From the NCBI GenBank assembly GCA_051294375.1, contig JBJCIZ010000028.1, forward strand, positions 1,487,576 through 1,551,575: a DNA stretch of 64,000 bases, read 5' to 3'. The translations under genes were made by a program, and so were the position numbers. The DNA comes from Paraspadella gotoi. Taxonomy: Eukaryota; Animalia; Chaetognatha. Positions 60,101 to 64,000 of this stretch are shown here, piece after piece. Position 1 is the first letter of the stretch, and each line of letters opens with the position of its first letter. A model generated the notes under the pieces. That model did no database searches. It was not told the DNA's origin and worked only from the letters and a program-made list of their open reading frames with translations.

Positions 60101-62655
60101 GGGAGCTTCCGCCAATTTCATTCCCAACGACGTCTTCCCGGCCAAAGCGTTTCCGATCAAAGTTAAAGCCAAATTTTTTTGTTCCCTCATGTCTGTTTTT
60201 TCGTAGCGATTGAGAAATTTCAGTACGTCGTCTTTTCCTTTGCTGTATACGAACAGAGGAACGTACGCCAAGGGGTTTCCTCTATAATCTATGGTCACGT
60301 CGGCGGGTGTTTCAATTTTCAATACGGTTCCGGGGCTTATTTTAAATCCGCCCGTCAGAATTTCACCCGTTTTCAAATATTTAATCATTGATTCTTTTGG
60401 CATTTCTCGAATATTGTTTTTGGATAAGACAATTTTCATTCCTTCCTTAATGAGGGAAGGAGGAACTGCTCTTATCGAACATAAATCAGCAGAAAGTAAT
60501 TCCAAAGGAGATTCATCCGGGGAGGGAGGAAGTGTCACAAGATCTGAAATACAAAATTACTTAAAACTTAAACCGTTTATAAGTTGCATACTAGGGTGAT
60601 GTGAAAGTTTGGAATCCAAATTTAGCAGTTATATCTTGAAAACTATCATATTAGTAAATACTAATCTGAAGTTATTTTTCTTTTTTTATAAATATAGTAG
60701 CCCAGTCAGCTTATTTTGTATATAGTACTACCCTTATATAATGTCAAAATTTATAAATTATTTTTCTTTAAATTCTGAAAACTGATTCGGATTCCTCCTT
60801 AAAAGTTGATAAAAATAATATAAATCTTTTTCAAAAATTATATCATTAAGTAGGTTAAAATTACAAAAAAACTATATTTTTAAGCTGGAAATTAAAAATT
60901 GGTGTCTTAAAAATATTTTTTATATTTTTGACTAACTTAATAAAATAATTTTTAAAAAAGAATTATACTTTCTTATATCAACTTTTTGCAAGGAATCCAA
61001 ATCCGATCTTAAAATTATAACATTTACATTTTGAAATTTTAGTTATTATATACTGATTACTATATAGAAATATAGCTCACTTTTGCCCACTATTGAATAA
61101 AATTAAAAAATAATTTTATTAAAGTATGTTTATTGGTTTTTGTTTTTATTTTTTATTTGCTAAATTTTAATTTTCTAAAATTTTATCATTTTCACATCAC
61201 TCTATTGCATAACCACAATACCTTTAAAGGCAATGCCTGACAAAGCAATGCCTGCTACAGAGAATGCCAACTCTTAAACCTGATAATAATTTAATGCCTC
61301 CATCTTAAGGCATAACTAGCGATGAATATTTAATATTATTCAAAAGTAATATAACGAGTTTTATATAAAATTGATATTTTTTGTACATTTTGTTAATTGG
61401 CAAAATAAAATCTTACAAAGAAAATTTTGCATTATCTTCGTTAATTGGCAAAAAAAATCTTCATGTTCGAATAATTTTGTCTTATCTTAATTGCTATTTT
61501 TATTATTTTTTAACTGTTTAAGGGTGGTTAGGGGTGGTTACTGGTTAGGGTTAGGGGTGGTTAAGGTGGCAGGTGGTTGGGGTTTAGGGTGGTTAAGATT
61601 AGGGATTTGGGATAGTTATAATTTCAATACAGCGTTCATAATAAGAAGCGAAAAACAAATAACCGACCGGAAAATCCCGGTCGGCGAATGTACAATTTAG
61701 CCCATATTTATTTCGTCGGACAATTGTTGTATCGATTGAAAGCTAACATAAACATAAAATATTTTTTTAAAAGTTTAACCGTTTTCAGATAGTTATGCCC
61801 TAAGGTTTTTTTAGAAAGGATCTGGACCTCCCTTTATTTAAAAATTAAATGTTATTTTTAAAAAAATGTAAGCAAAAACAAGTTTTATCGACAACCACCG
61901 AACCAAATGGTCGACTACAGCATGATCCGAAGTCCGTAGTAAATGACATGCGGTACTTTATCCTGTCTGTGCGGTATTATATTTAAACATTTGCCTCCCA
62001 ACTTGTAATTACTTTTATTGCCGTCCAAAACGAGGGACCGTAGTTGATGATGAAATAGTTCGTCCGGGAGCTCATAAATGTCACACATTTTAACGTTGAG
62101 TTCCAACAACACGTCATTGATTCTCGGGATAGTTCTCAATTTCCCGTTGACGGAAACGTCGCATTTTGTTAGACGACGTTGAAAAAGTTCATTGGGTAGG
62201 CTCAACAAGTTGCAGTGGCTCAAAGTCAGTTCGCTCAGTCGGTCAGCGAACCCATCCGGAATGAGCATCAGCGGTCTATTTGACACAACCTCAACTTTCT
62301 CCAGCGCGGGTAAGTTTCCTAACCAAGGAGGAAACAAGTAAAATTCGTCTTCTTTTTTTCGAAACGAAGTCACTTTGGAGAATTTTTTCATTTCCTCATC
62401 CGAGTCGACGATTTCCATGGGACCGATAAAGTCGAAAGCTGTGATTTTGCTCGCCGTATCTTCGTCCACCTGCATCTTTAAAAACTTCAAATCTCTGACT
62501 CCCAAGGATCGCAAGTCGAGCTGGAGTTTCGTGCCCATTTTGGGATTTTTAAGAATGACCCGTTCGATAAAGTCAGAGGTCAGACGGAAAACTCGGCAGT
62601 TTCCGTCCGTAACAATAGAATCGCGGTGGAAATAGAGATATTCTTCGGGATCCAT
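57146..62655 (-). CDS. Kinase-less Roco protein (MFHAS1-like LRR-ROC-COR) with C-terminal KEN-like RNase and two ubiquitin-like domains; exons 62655-62013 and 60543-57146 (about 1346 aa)
   Basis: LRRs (LSELTLSHCNLLSLPNEL, LRSLVLDGNKNLVTLP, GNPLAYVP); ROC G1 GNALAGKTS, G3 DIGGQ, G4 SKLD, G5 STKTGEGM; COR-like LLECMASMGLIVW and SLVPFLV. Phase-1 intron joins GNK|NLV. Confidence 0.85.
60592..61204. mobile_element. Non-autonomous hAT-like MITE in Roco intron
   Basis: 15-bp TIRs tagggtgatgtgaaa / tttcacatcactcta (1 mismatch), 8-bp TSD ttgcatac / ttgcataa, and internal imperfect palindromy. Confidence 0.75.
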
Positions 62656-63184
62656 GATTGTAATGGGAAAGAAAAGTTCTGCGCTCTAATGACCTTTTGG
62701 TGGATTCAAATTTTTCATTAGTTTAACTGAAAAATTTATTTCTGTAAATGNNNNNNNNNNCATCGCGTCATATTTACGAACGGTGAGTCTAAAAGAATTT
62801 GATCCAACTGTCTTTTTTTTTTCACAAGTCACGTTTTTCTCGATTTCATCGGTAAATATATATATATATATATCTAATCTAAAAAAAAAGAATGGAATTG
62901 GAAACGAACTTTGTGCCTTTGATTCTGCATGTAGGGACTTACCTGAACCAGGGTAATGAGTTATTTTTTTTAAAAGAAGTCGATCTGTATATATATGTAG
63001 CTTCCAAATCCCTGGCACCAAAATTATTTTGACATCTCGCCGTCTTTTGTTCCCGATATATCAGATAGATTAATATGGCTCCCTCCTGTGATTAATCCTT
63101 TATTATTTACCTTTCATCTGGCTCTATATTCCGATGTTCTCTCAGTTTGATTTTATCTCGGTGCCAGGGTGTTCCTCTAATATC

Positions 63185-63223
<39 letters not shown>

Positions 63224-63317
63224 CCCATAGCAACTTGCTATAACTTTACTCTCTTACCAAATTGAAGAGACAGTAAATATTGTTGTGTATTAGTGACAGA
63301 ACCGTTCAATATAAGCA

Positions 63318-63462
63318 GTCCCTGAGCTTCGGATCAGGCTGTAACACCGAGTTACAGGCGGGTTAGGCGCCCCATCCCTCTTAACTGCTAGGCGACCACC
63401 GGGCTAGAACCCAGGACTTTTGGGTTGGGAGGCGAATGACTTGCCCCCGGCACCAATGGCCG
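63318..63462 (-). mobile_element. tRNA-derived SINE-like element
   Basis: Reverse complement begins ggccattggtgccgggggcaagtcattcgcctcccaacccaaaagtcctgggttctagcccgg: tRNA-like head with B-box GGTTCTAGCCC, then a GC-rich body. Confidence 0.45.
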
Positions 63463-64000
63463 CTGAAGAACGGTTGAATGGTTGAATGGTCCACCATAAA
63501 ATGTTGATTAAAATAATAATTTACTTAATACAATATTTAAAATTAGTTGAAACATAAATTATTAAATGGTATTATTTAATAGGCAAATAGATCGTCTGAC
63601 CAAAAATTTATTTATAGAGTTGCTCCTTATGGCATAAGTTATGCGCTACTAGAATATTCGTTTCATCTGGAATTTGTCAACCACCAGACAAATAGGATTT
63701 CTAAAGGATATTAGTAATTTTGTTAAAAATAGATGTCATTATCAATAATTAAAAAGAGGGGCGTCAATAAAAATTTTTTTTATAAGTTGCTACTTAACAA
63801 GATAACATTTTTTTATTTCCAATTTTTGTTATTTCTTTTTTCTTTTTCTTTTTATTTTGTCCTTTAATGTTGGTAATAAACGAAGAAAATATCGTCAGAC
63901 TCGATCCGGCGAGGATTTTTTTAAACCTTTGATAAACAATTTTGATATCATGTGCTTCGTTTTATCAGCTTTAAAAAAAAAAAGCGTTAAAAAAAAATAA

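Noticed and set aside
61520-61605. TTAGGG-like G-rich tract
   Set aside because: Highly degenerate and intronic; more likely part of a non-autonomous repeat than a telomeric relic.

Overview
Eukaryotic (invertebrate animal) genomic DNA with GC/CpG-rich exons, AT-rich introns, many (GA/CT)n microsatellites and three N gaps. The + strand carries a run of genes: ABHD13-like hydrolase (5'-truncated), LAMTOR3/MP1, a Bcl-2/Bcl-xL-like gene, FHIP2/FAM160B, an orphan ORF ending in a CaaX motif, an NR1-type nuclear receptor, TCF/pangolin (after about 14 kb of noncoding DNA), an SRSF4/5/6-like SR protein and a GrlHz-like 7TM ion-channel (gustatory-receptor-like) gene. The - strand carries tRNA-Glu(CTC) and a large Roco gene. 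Best candidate for an undescribed system: the kinase-less Roco protein (LRR-ROC-COR) appears to carry an IRE1/RNase L-type KEN ribonuclease domain followed by two ubiquitin-like domains, suggesting a GTPase-gated innate-immune RNase. Other notable items: a second copy of the beta-catenin-binding motif in the TCF C-terminal tail, a nested intronic foldback enclosing a decayed tRNA-Gly, hammerhead-ribozyme-like motifs, a six-fold tandem array of a 5' splice site, and operon-like gene spacing. All assignments come from manual reading and remembered family motifs; no searches were run.
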